Below, piece after piece: positions 43,633-52,738 of a stretch of DNA of 64,000 bases. How positions within the stretch are numbered: the stretch's first letter is position 1; each line of letters starts with the position of its first letter. This DNA is from Sphingobium sp. (GTDB taxonomy: Bacteria; Pseudomonadota; Alphaproteobacteria; Sphingomonadales; Sphingomonadaceae): positions 34,994 through 98,993 of the forward strand of contig JARYGO010000008.1 of the NCBI GenBank assembly GCA_033795485.1, given 5' to 3'. Under the pieces are notes generated by a model. It did no database searches. It was not told the DNA's origin and saw only the letters and a program-made list of their open reading frames with translations. Made by a program: the position numbers and the translations under genes.

Positions 43633-45755
43633 AGCTTACCAGGCCCGGCGGCCGCATCGTTACCGAAGCCAGTCAGTCCTTCACCTTCACTCGCCGGGCC
43701 ATGGTGGTCGGCGGGTTGCAGATGGGCATGGGTGTGCTGCTGGCGGCGCGCATGGCCTGGATCAGCGTCGCGGAAAACGAGAAATATCAGCTTCTTTCCG
43801 AAAGCAACCGCGTCAACCTGACCCTCATCCCCCCTCGGCGCGGCTGGGTCGTCGACCGCAACGGCCGCCCGCTGGCCAACAATCGCACCGATTTCCGCAT
43901 CGACCTGATACCCGAGCGGGTGCGCGATCCGCAAGCGACGGTCGGCGCGCTGGCGAAGCTGCTGAACCTGCCGTCGGACGAGGTCGACCGGATCATGGAG
44001 GATCTGGAAAAGGCGCCCGGCTTCCGCCCGGTCCAGGTCGCGGAGAACCTGACCTATGATCAATATGCGGCGATCAGCGTACGCCTGCCCGACCTGCCCG
44101 GCGTCGCTCCGGCGCAGGGTTTTTCGCGCTATTATCCGGCCGGCGCGGCGGTCGGCCATCTGCTCGGCTATGTCGGCGCGGCGTCCGCCAAGGAGTATGA
44201 GGAGCGCAAGGACCCGCTGCTTATCACGCCGGGGTTCAAGGTGGGCAAGGACGGGCTGGAAAAATCCTTCGATCTGCACTTGACCGGCAAGCCCGGTGCC
44301 AAGCGGGTCGAGGTGACGGCGCGGGGCAAGATCGTCCGGGAACTCACGACCCGTCCCGACACGCCGGGCAAGAGCCTGAAGCTGACGATCGACGCAGGCC
44401 TACAGGAATATGCCGGACGGCGGCTGGCGACCCAGAGCGGCGCGGTCGTGGTGATCGACTGCCATAATGGCGACGTGCTGGCGATGGCGTCGATGCCCAG
44501 TTTCGATCCCAACAGCTTTTCCGACGGCATCAGCCATCTGGAATGGGAAATGCTGTCGAAGGACGATCATGTGCCGCTGCGCAACAAGACGTTGCAGGGG
44601 CTCTATCCGCCGGGGTCGACGGTCAAGCCGATGGTCGCGCTCGCGCTGCTGGAAGCCGGCGTCGGGCCGCAGGAGACCATCAGTTGCGGCGGCGCTATCC
44701 GGGTCGGCAATACGCTGTTCCATTGCCACAAGCGGCGGGGCCACGGGTCCCTCAACATGCGCGGCGCGATCGCGCAGAGTTGCGACATTTATTTCTACCA
44801 GATGGCGCAACGGATCGGCATGGACCGGATCGCGCGCATGGCCCGCCTGTGCGGGATGGGCCAGAAGTTCGACCTCCCCTTCCCCAGCCAGAGCTACGGC
44901 ACAGTGCCCGATCCGGCCTGGAAGATCAAAAAATATGGCAAGAAGTGGGAGATTTACGACACGGTCAACGCCACGATCGGTCAGGGCTATATGCTGATCA
45001 ACCCGCTCCAGATGGCGGTGATGGCGGCGCGGCTGGCGTCGGGGCGCATCCTGATGCCCAATTTCCTCCACGGGGCCAAGCGGCCGGAGCCTGGCTTCAT
45101 CGGCGTGTCGGCCGATCATCTGACCGTGATCCGCGACGCCATGAGCGCGGTCGTCAACGGCGGCGGCACCGGCGGCGCGGCGCGGATGAGCGTGCCGGGC
45201 GTGTTGATCGCGGGCAAGACCGGCACAGCGCAGGTCCGCCGCATCAGCATGGCCGAACGCGCGGGCGGCGTGCGGGGCAACGCCTCCCTCCCCTTCAAGC
45301 TGCGCGATCATGCGCTGTTCCAGGGCTTCGCGCCGTTCGACGATCCACGCTATGCGATCGGCTGCATCATCGAACATGGCGGCCATACCAACCGGATAGA
45401 GGATGCGCCGATGATCGCCAGCGATACGCTGTCCTTCCTGTTCGACCCGCAAAAGGCGATGGAAAAGCTGGTAAAACTTGAAGAAGGCTGGGGCGGCACC
45501 CCGGCCCAGCGGCTCGAGCGACAGATGGCGGCCTTCCGCCTGGCCAAGGCGATCGAGAAGGGAGAGGCGCCACCGCCGGAGATCGGCAACGCCATGAACG
45601 CGGCGGACGCCGCCGGCAACGCGCAGGCGGCGGCGCCATCTCGCCCCGGCGAGTCACCACCTGACGATCCCACCGATCAGAGCGACGCCCCGCCCGCTCC
45701 CGGCCCTGCCCCTGCTCCGGTTTCTGCTCCCCCTCAGGGCACGACGACGCCATGA
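43629..45755 (+). CDS. mrdA: Penicillin-binding protein 2
   Basis: PPGSTVK (SxxK), SCD and KTGTAQ motifs; Pro-rich tail. Confidence 0.96.
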   Translation: MKLTRPGGRIVTEASQSFTFTRRAMVVGGLQMGMGVLLAARMAWISVAENEKYQLLSESNRVNLTLIPPRRGWVVDRNGRPLANNRTDFRIDLIPERVRDPQATVGALAKLLNLPSDEVDRIMEDLEKAPGFRPVQVAENLTYDQYAAISVRLPDLPGVAPAQGFSRYYPAGAAVGHLLGYVGAASAKEYEERKDPLLITPGFKVGKDGLEKSFDLHLTGKPGAKRVEVTARGKIVRELTTRPDTPGKSLKLTIDAGLQEYAGRRLATQSGAVVVIDCHNGDVLAMASMPSFDPNSFSDGISHLEWEMLSKDDHVPLRNKTLQGLYPPGSTVKPMVALALLEAGVGPQETISCGGAIRVGNTLFHCHKRRGHGSLNMRGAIAQSCDIYFYQMAQRIGMDRIARMARLCGMGQKFDLPFPSQSYGTVPDPAWKIKKYGKKWEIYDTVNATIGQGYMLINPLQMAVMAARLASGRILMPNFLHGAKRPEPGFIGVSADHLTVIRDAMSAVVNGGGTGGAARMSVPGVLIAGKTGTAQVRRISMAERAGGVRGNASLPFKLRDHALFQGFAPFDDPRYAIGCIIEHGGHTNRIEDAPMIASDTLSFLFDPQKAMEKLVKLEEGWGGTPAQRLERQMAAFRLAKAIEKGEAPPPEIGNAMNAADAAGNAQAAAPSRPGESPPDDPTDQSDAPPAPGPAPAPVSAPPQGTTTP

Positions 45756-46864
45756 TGATGGTTCCTCCGGCCCTTGCCGACTATCCCTGGCGCGTCATGG
45801 CGCTGCTGCTGGCGATCGCCGGCTTCGGCACGCTGGTCCTCTACAGCGCGGCCAGCGGCAGCATCTTTCCCTGGGCGGTCAACCAGGGCGTCCGCTTCAT
45901 CGTCTTTTCCGCCATGGCGCTGGCGCTCAGCCGGGTTTCCGTGGACAGGTTCGCCCGGCTGGCCTTTCCCGCCTATGGCGCGATCCTGCTCGCGCTCATC
46001 CTGGTGGAGTTGATTGGCGGCGTCGCGGGGGGGAGCCAGCGTTGGATCAATCTGGGCTTCATGCAATTGCAGCCCTCGGAGTTCATGAAGCCGGTGATCG
46101 TGCTGGCGGTGGCGCGTTTCTATGCGCTGCTGCCGGTGGGGGAGATTCGCCGCTGGAACGCGATCTGGCCGGCGCTCGGCCTGATCGGCCTGCCCTGGGC
46201 GCTAGTGCTCGTGCAACCCGACCTCGGCACGGCGACCATGATCGCGGCGGGCGGGGTCACGGTCATGTTCCTCGCGGGGCTTCCGCTGCGCCTGTTCATC
46301 GGCACCGCGCTGGCGGGCGCCGCGATCATCCCGATCGCGTTCAGCTTTCTGCATGACTATCAACAAAAGCGCGTGCTGATCTTCATGGACCCGGAGAGCG
46401 ATCCGCTGGGCGCGGGATATCATATCAGTCAGTCGAAAATCGCGATCGGATCGGGCGGCGTGTTCGGCAAGGGTTTCCTGAACGGCACGCAGAGCCATCT
46501 CGACTATCTGCCCGAGGGCCATACCGACTTCGTCTTCGCCACCATGGCGGAGGAATGGGGCCTGGCGGGCGGCGTGCTTCTCATCCTCGGCTTCTGCCTG
46601 CTGTTCCGATGGGGCATCCGCGTGGCCATGCGGACGTCCGACAGGTTCGCGCGCCTTGCGGCGGCGGGCCTCATCACCACGGTGTTCTTCTATGTCGCCA
46701 TCAATCTGATGATGGTCATGGGCCTGGCGCCGGTCGTCGGCATCCCCCTGCCCTTCATGTCCTATGGCGGCTCATCCATGCTCACGGTCATGCTGTGCAT
46801 CGGCATGGTCATGGCGATCGACCGCGCGAACAAGCGGAGCGGAAACCGGGGAAACTGGGGCTGA
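45752..46864 (+). CDS. rodA: SEDS peptidoglycan glycosyltransferase RodA
   Basis: QPSEFMK, QPDLGT, PEGHTDF and SYGGSS motifs. Confidence 0.96.
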   Translation: MMMVPPALADYPWRVMALLLAIAGFGTLVLYSAASGSIFPWAVNQGVRFIVFSAMALALSRVSVDRFARLAFPAYGAILLALILVELIGGVAGGSQRWINLGFMQLQPSEFMKPVIVLAVARFYALLPVGEIRRWNAIWPALGLIGLPWALVLVQPDLGTATMIAAGGVTVMFLAGLPLRLFIGTALAGAAIIPIAFSFLHDYQQKRVLIFMDPESDPLGAGYHISQSKIAIGSGGVFGKGFLNGTQSHLDYLPEGHTDFVFATMAEEWGLAGGVLLILGFCLLFRWGIRVAMRTSDRFARLAAAGLITTVFFYVAINLMMVMGLAPVVGIPLPFMSYGGSSMLTVMLCIGMVMAIDRANKRSGNRGNWG

Positions 46865-46986
46865 TCGTGCGCGCTAGCCAAAAAAGCGCATGCGCCCTCA
46901 ATTAATGTTTGCAAACGCCGACGACGATGCTAATTGCCCGGCCTCGCCACGGCGCGGCTCCAGAAACGGAGCGGAAAGCCAGGCAT

Positions 46987-47062
<76 letters not shown>

Positions 47063-47380
47063 AAAATCCGATAATAGAGCAACTTACGCCTTCGGGCGAT
47101 CGCTCCGGAACTGGCTCTCGTTTCACCCATAAGCAAACCGTAAGCAGACGCTCGAGCGTAAGCGGGTATCGTTGCCCTACTGCTGAAGCGCACGGGAAGC
47201 CGGGTCGGAGTAGTAGTCAATCGGCGGGGGCCGCCGGCCTCTGAGCCAGCACTTTAAGCACGCGCGCGAAAAACTGGGGATTTGCGAAGGGCGACGGAAT
47301 TCCGCCATACGTGCAGTGCACTCGCAATCTAGCATCGGCGGAGAAAGCGCTCTACGTTGAAAACCAATCTGGGAGGCGAC

Positions 47381-48403
47381 ATGTCAAAGCGGCTGGTAGT
47401 GTTCAATCATAAGGGTGGAGTGAGCAAAACAACCTCTGCCTATAATATCGGCTGGATGCTGTCTGGTACGGCTCGAGTGCTGCTTGTCGATGCCGATCCA
47501 CAGTGCAATCTGACCGGCTTAATCTTACGAGATGACTTCGAACGTTTTTATCTCGATGACGCGACGAAGGCTCAAAATCTCAAAGATGGTGTCGCAGCCA
47601 CCTTTACCGGCAGGCCAATGCCGATCCAGCCGGTGACTTGCCCCAGTCCAGCTAGAGCGCCTAATCTCTACCTGCTCCCCGGACACGCCAACCTCTCAGA
47701 GTACGATGCCGCACTGACGTTCGCACAAACGTCAAACAATGCGATAGCGACCCTCCAGAATTTGCCCGGCGCATTTGCTGAATTGCTACGCCTTACTGAG
47801 GAGCGGTATGCAATTGACGTAACGATTATCGACCTCAACCCCGGACTCAGTGCCATTAATCAGAACATGTTTCTGATTTCCGATGCCTTTATCATACCGA
47901 CGAATCCGGATCCGTTTTCGCTCATGGCGCTCGATACACTCGAAACGATCTTGCCCCGCTGGACGGCTTGGAAGGCAGGCTCACTCCAACTGTTCGCGGA
48001 TTCAGCATATCCCCTGCCTCCTGGCACACCGAAATTCATTGGCACGTTGATCCAGAGGTTCAACGTCAGAAACGGGCGAGCTGCCAGGCCGTACCGAGAT
48101 AATATCGGCGAAATAAATGCCAAGGTAGCGGGAGATGTATTCACCGCCCTGGCTAACGCAGGCATGACACTGCCTTCCGATCAATACGCGCCGGGTAGCC
48201 CCTATTGCCTTGGCGAAATACCAGATTTCCAAGGTCTCCTCCCAAAATCTCATGACGCGGGAGTGCCCATCTTTGCCCTCACCGATGCGGACATTGGGGA
48301 GACTGGACCTGTCCTTGCCAATGCGGTTGAAAGACGCGACCGGTTCATGGTTCAATTTGAAGAGATCACGAGAAACATCTACGCCATGATCGCTCATGCT
48401 TAA
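47381..48403 (+). CDS. ParA/Soj-like ATPase (orphan, conflict-system type)
   Basis: Deviant Walker A FNHKGGVSKTT, VDADPQCNLT and IDLNPGL; GGAGG SD; no parB nearby. Confidence 0.9.
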   Translation: MSKRLVVFNHKGGVSKTTSAYNIGWMLSGTARVLLVDADPQCNLTGLILRDDFERFYLDDATKAQNLKDGVAATFTGRPMPIQPVTCPSPARAPNLYLLPGHANLSEYDAALTFAQTSNNAIATLQNLPGAFAELLRLTEERYAIDVTIIDLNPGLSAINQNMFLISDAFIIPTNPDPFSLMALDTLETILPRWTAWKAGSLQLFADSAYPLPPGTPKFIGTLIQRFNVRNGRAARPYRDNIGEINAKVAGDVFTALANAGMTLPSDQYAPGSPYCLGEIPDFQGLLPKSHDAGVPIFALTDADIGETGPVLANAVERRDRFMVQFEEITRNIYAMIAHA

Positions 48404-49003
48404 CGCTCAGGCGGTCTTCAACAATAGCGTCAAAGATGCCAAGCAGCATTCCGTTCTATATGATTATCTAACCACGCAGGTTAGAGTTCCAGCTCCATTT
48501 GACGATCTTCTTCGTGGCCAGATTGTGATCGCTGTAGCTGCATTTGATAAGTTAATGCATGATCTTATTCGAATTGGAATGTGCCAAACTTTCAGTGGAG
48601 TGCGAATAGGAACTCCAAAGTATCATAACGAATCTATTTCGATACAGCTCCATTCGGCGCTTGTGGCTGCCATTGTTCCACCTAAAGAACATTTATTTGA
48701 GAGGGCCATTGTTACCAAGCTAGGCCACTTGTCTTTCCAACACCCTGATAAATTGCAGACGGACTATCGCTCATCTGGTCTGAAAGTCAGAAATGGGAAA
48801 AAATTGGTGGGAAAATGGGTCAAACGGGACATTTCGCGTCAACTCAAATGAAGCTGATTGCAACTAGGCGGAATGCCATTGTCCATGAATCAGACATGGA
48901 CCCTTTAACCAACCTCAAGACCCCAATCAGCAGGGAAGAATGTGAGACCATTACCGATTTCATCGCATCATGCGGCAATGCCATCGTCGGTCTCGTAGTT
49001 TAA
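48396..49003 (+). pseudogene. HEPN-domain RNase (MAE_18760/RiboL-PSP-like), split by a 1-nt frameshift near 48750
   Basis: N-half has DDLLRGQIVIAVAAFD...SFQHPDK; the -1 frame from 48752 continues IADGLSLIW...RRNAIVHESD (Rx4H) to the stop at 49003. Confidence 0.82.
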
Positions 49004-49245
49004 TCCATCTAGATAAATTCCAGCGTCGCTTACGCTGGCCTTATTCATACTGAGATTTGTCACAAAACCAGAATAGCCACGTCGATTTAGCTTCCTCTGC
49101 CAGAAAATTGGATGGTTGCGCACCCGTTCAGTCGTAGTCTAAGACCACCTCCTCTATCCCGCTTCACACGGCGCTGGAGTCCGGAGGCTCATGTTCAGTT
49201 CAGACCGAGCCGTCCGCGCCAATCCACCGCTTCCGCAATGGCGGG

Positions 49246-49785
49246 TTACGACGGCGTGACAGGTGCAGGCGGCACGGGCGCGGTCAACTGCCTCCGCCGC
49301 TCTGACGCCTCGCGCAGTACCTTGCTCTGCTTGATCTGATATAGGTGTTGCGCCCCAGCAAGAGCAGCCTTCTCGTTCAGCACCCCGAAGTGACGCTCGA
49401 CAATGCGGTGCGCGTATTCGATGGGCATCCCATACTTCTCCGCGCGCACGCGGCTTCCGGGTTCTTCAGCTTCATAGCGGATCACCTCCAGTTGAGAGAG
49501 AATGTTGTGGGCACCAGCGCGCACCTGCCATTCGTCGCAGTCGCGCATAATCTCGCACCATGTGGCAATCGCGGTCTGGTGCAGTTCGCCGCGCTCCTGA
49601 TCGTTCAGGGTGGCGAGCATGTCCGCGTAAGGCGTGCAGCGGTGGGCGTTGAGACTGTCGCCGTGGTTGAGCGACGTAGAGCGGCCGCCATCTGATCTGC
49701 GATGCCAACCGCAATCCAGGCATTCCTGTTGGGCGCATTTCACTTGGCTATCTAGGAATAGCCCCGCTTGATTGATGTCTAACAT
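49246..49785 (-). CDS. Hypothetical protein or gene remnant; start uncertain
   Basis: 179-codon ORF whose C-terminal 120 aa look globular and helical; family not recognised. Confidence 0.4.
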   Translation of the reverse strand: MLDINQAGLFLDSQVKCAQQECLDCGWHRRSDGGRSTSLNHGDSLNAHRCTPYADMLATLNDQERGELHQTAIATWCEIMRDCDEWQVRAGAHNILSQLEVIRYEAEEPGSRVRAEKYGMPIEYAHRIVERHFGVLNEKAALAGAQHLYQIKQSKVLREASERRRQLTAPVPPAPVTPS

Positions 49786-49794
49786 CCGGCACTT

Positions 49795-49839
49795 GCGCGG
49801 AGTTCCGGCCAGCCTTGCGCGCTGGCTGGAACTCCGCGC
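49795..49839 (-). terminator. Long hairpin after the TonB-dependent receptor gene
   Basis: 19-bp near-perfect stem GCGCGGAGTTCCGGCCAGC/GCTGGCTGGAACTCCGCGC; no clear T-tract. Confidence 0.55.
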
Positions 49840-49845
49840 GGTATG

Positions 49846-52398
49846 TCAATATGCCGCCGACAATGTCAGGAACCATTGGCGCGGCGCGATCGGGTAGGCC
49901 GAGTAGCTGTTGGTTGCCGATCCGATCGACAGGGTGGACACGCCCTTCTTGTCGGTCAGGTTCGTCACATTCAGCGCCAGCTCCACCTTGCGCAGCGGCA
50001 GGGTGCCGTCCGGCACCCTCGCAGCGACACGTAGCGAGGTCAGGAAATAGGATGAAACGCTGGCGTCGTTGGTGAATGTGGCAAAGCGACGGCCCACGAA
50101 GTCGCCGATCCCCTGCACTTCGAACGGACCGACCGACAGGGTCGCGACGGTCTTGTTCATCCACTTGGGCGTGCCCGGCAACTGCTTGCCGCATGTCGGC
50201 ACGACGCCGCCGACGACGAGATAGCCGCCAATGCATGTTCCGGTGGCGGCGCCGATGCCGCTGGCGGCCGACACATAATCGCTGCGATATTTGGACAGGT
50301 TGTACGAGGTCGCATTATATAGCGAGAAGGCGCGGCCGACGCGCAGCGTGAAGGCGGCGTCGACGCCGTCGGTTCGGACATCGCCGACATTGACGAGGAT
50401 CGAGGTGCCGCCGGTGATGCCGCTGCCCGCGATGCCGCCCGGATTGGTGGAGATCGCCAGCAGGCGATCGTTGAACACCACATGATAATAGTTGACCTGC
50501 GCATCGAACGCGACACCGTTCGAGAAGGTGCGGCGCGTCCGCAGGCCTGCTTCGTAGGTCCAGCTGCTCTCGGGCTTGCCCTCGTCGGCGAAGGCATCGA
50601 ACGCGGCCTGGCTGCCGGTGAACCAGGGACCACCGCCACCGGCCAGATAAGCCTGATACTGGCGCAGATTCTTCTGGACGTTGAAGTAGATCTGCTCGTG
50701 CCCGTTGAAGTCGTAGGTTGCGCCGATCGCCGGCAGGAACCAGCGGAGCGTGTTGATCTTGCCCTCCGGCAGGCCTCCCGCCAGGCCGGAGAGGGAACCC
50801 GCCCTGGGCTGGACCGGATACCATCCGTTCGCCCATTGCGCGCTCGTCTTGAAACCGGCCTGGACAAGCAGTCGCTCGTTCACCTGCCATGTGTCCTGAA
50901 GGTGTAATTGCAGATTGTTGATCCGCGCCTCGCCCTCATATTGGGTGAAGAGCGGCTGGGCGACGTCGAGTGGACGGATATAAGGCGTGCTCGCCCCCGG
51001 ATTGTTGACGTCGACGCCGTACCAACGCCGCCACTGGGTCGTGCTGTTATGCTCGAACCAGCCGCCAAGCTCGATCTTGTGCGCACCGATATCGATATTG
51101 AGCGCCGAGATCACGCCCTCGCGGTCGATTCGATATTCGGTGGTGCGGGTGATGAGCCCTGATCCGCCGGTCGCCGCCACCAGAGCGGCGCCGGCCGCGG
51201 CCGCCTGGGCGGTCGTCAGCGCCGTGCAGGCGGCTGGGCGCACGCCGTTGCCGTTGCCGCCGAACCGGCAATTGGCCGGCAGGGTCGCGTAATTGGGGTC
51301 GAGATAAGGCTGGGCCGTGGTGATCGACTGGCCGAGCGGGCCGGCGACGACGCCGGCGCCGTCATTGTGATGATAATAGCCCATCGTCGACCAGTTGATA
51401 TTATCCGACAGATACGCGTCATAGCGGGCATAAGCCAGATAATCGGTCCGTTGCGCGTCCGAATAATAGTTGCGATAATTGCTGCCCTCGGCGGCCGGCG
51501 AATTGCCGAGCGTGCTGAGATACTCGGTCCGATATGCGTCGAAATCCGGATAGAAGAAGGGCTTGGTATAGGGGGTATAGAGTTGCACCGGCGTGGCGGT
51601 GCCCCCGGCCGAGGGCTTGAAGAAGACGGTTGCGTCCTCGTTCGGCTGGGTCATGTCATTATAGTCGAAATAGAGAGTGAGCTTCCCCGCCGAATCGTCA
51701 TGTACGAACTTCGCGTTGGCCTGCCAGCCGCCCTGAACGCCGTCAAAGTCCCACGCCCGCGCTCGCTGGCGCGTCGCCGAGATATAGCCGGCGTTGGTGC
51801 CGGGGCCGCCCAGATCGCCGCTGTCGATGCGAATGAAGGTGCGCGACGTGCCATAGCTGCCGATGGTCTGGGCGCCCTGGATGCCCAGTCTGTCCAGCGG
51901 ATCAGAGGAATAGGTCTCGATCGTGCCGCCAAGGTTGCTGTTCGACGCGGTGGCAAGATCGCCCGCGCCGGTCGACACGACCACCCGGCCGACATTTTCC
52001 GAAATTACGGCACGCTGGGGCGAGAGGCCATTATAATTGCCATAGCTTTGGTCGCCCAGCGGAATGCCGTCCATGGTGTAGCCGAGCTGGTTGGCGGCGA
52101 AGCCATGGATGAAAATTTGCGCGTTCTGCTCGTTATAGCCCCAGGGATCGGCGGTGATGTACAGGACGCCCGGCAGCGTGTGAATCGCCTTGAGCGGAGA
52201 CACGCCAGGCAGGATCTTCTGCATCTCGGCAGCTGGGAGCGCAGTCGCCGACCGCGTTGTCTTGGCGGTAACGACGATCGATGATGCGCCCGCTGCCGCA
52301 ATATCGTCCGTTCCGGCATCGGCTGTTTGCGCAAACGCCGTATCGGCGGCCAGAAGCGCGCCCGCGAGCGCGATCAAGCTGGAAGTGAATTTCATCAT
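49846..52398 (-). CDS. TonB-dependent outer-membrane receptor
   Basis: Signal peptide, TonB-box-like SIVVTAK, plug (LPGV...DGIPL), NLTDK...PRQWFL and aromatic C-terminus. Confidence 0.95.
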   Translation of the reverse strand: MMKFTSSLIALAGALLAADTAFAQTADAGTDDIAAAGASSIVVTAKTTRSATALPAAEMQKILPGVSPLKAIHTLPGVLYITADPWGYNEQNAQIFIHGFAANQLGYTMDGIPLGDQSYGNYNGLSPQRAVISENVGRVVVSTGAGDLATASNSNLGGTIETYSSDPLDRLGIQGAQTIGSYGTSRTFIRIDSGDLGGPGTNAGYISATRQRARAWDFDGVQGGWQANAKFVHDDSAGKLTLYFDYNDMTQPNEDATVFFKPSAGGTATPVQLYTPYTKPFFYPDFDAYRTEYLSTLGNSPAAEGSNYRNYYSDAQRTDYLAYARYDAYLSDNINWSTMGYYHHNDGAGVVAGPLGQSITTAQPYLDPNYATLPANCRFGGNGNGVRPAACTALTTAQAAAAGAALVAATGGSGLITRTTEYRIDREGVISALNIDIGAHKIELGGWFEHNSTTQWRRWYGVDVNNPGASTPYIRPLDVAQPLFTQYEGEARINNLQLHLQDTWQVNERLLVQAGFKTSAQWANGWYPVQPRAGSLSGLAGGLPEGKINTLRWFLPAIGATYDFNGHEQIYFNVQKNLRQYQAYLAGGGGPWFTGSQAAFDAFADEGKPESSWTYEAGLRTRRTFSNGVAFDAQVNYYHVVFNDRLLAISTNPGGIAGSGITGGTSILVNVGDVRTDGVDAAFTLRVGRAFSLYNATSYNLSKYRSDYVSAASGIGAATGTCIGGYLVVGGVVPTCGKQLPGTPKWMNKTVATLSVGPFEVQGIGDFVGRRFATFTNDASVSSYFLTSLRVAARVPDGTLPLRKVELALNVTNLTDKKGVSTLSIGSATNSYSAYPIAPRQWFLTLSAAY

Positions 52399-52637
52399 AT
52401 TGGCCCCCTTATGCAGTCGTTGCTGCGTTGCACATGTGGGGCGCTGTGCATGGGAACCATGCCATTAACGCGACAGATTTGTTTCTCCGCGATGACGAAC
52501 GAGGTTTGAAGCATCAACTCAGTGGAATTCGACAATCCCTTAGAAGACGATCCATTTGGCGACATCGAGCACCGTCATGCCGAGGAGGAATCAAATTTGA
52601 GCCTCCATAATATGATGATATCATTGCATGTTTATGA

Positions 52638-52713
52638 TGGTGGGCCCGGCAGGACTCGAACCCGCAACCTAGCCGTTATGAGCGGCCAGCTCTAACCATT
52701 GAGCTACAGGCCC
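52638..52713 (-). tRNA. tRNA with CAT anticodon, most likely tRNA-Ile2 (lysidine-modified)
   Basis: GGGCCTGTAGCTCAATGG...CT-CAT-AA...CCCACCA; G1-C72 pair and no 3xG-C anticodon stem, so not initiator tRNA. Confidence 0.9.
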
Positions 52714-52738
52714 CACCTTTGCCGGGCGATAAGCAGCA

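Larger units (their letters stand above)
47063..49790. mobile_element. Low-GC genomic islet / integrative-element remnant at the tRNA-Lys 3' end (no integrase seen)
   Basis: Abrupt GC drop (two sampled 60-nt lines in the HEPN gene are about 35% and 43% GC), non-host codon usage, repeated TAAGC boxes next to the tRNA. Confidence 0.65.

Noticed and set aside
47381-48403. Chromosome or plasmid partitioning locus
   Set aside because: No parB, parS or rep nearby; low GC; coupled to a HEPN gene.
48790-48812. GGGAAAAAA as a programmed -1 frameshift site rescuing the HEPN gene
   Set aside because: Not in canonical X XXY YYZ phase, no clear stimulatory hairpin, and the plausible protein sequence switches frame earlier, at about 48750.
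47063-52637. Intact prophage or ICE between the tRNAs
   Set aside because: No integrase, phage or conjugation genes, and no duplicated tRNA 3' end found by eye.
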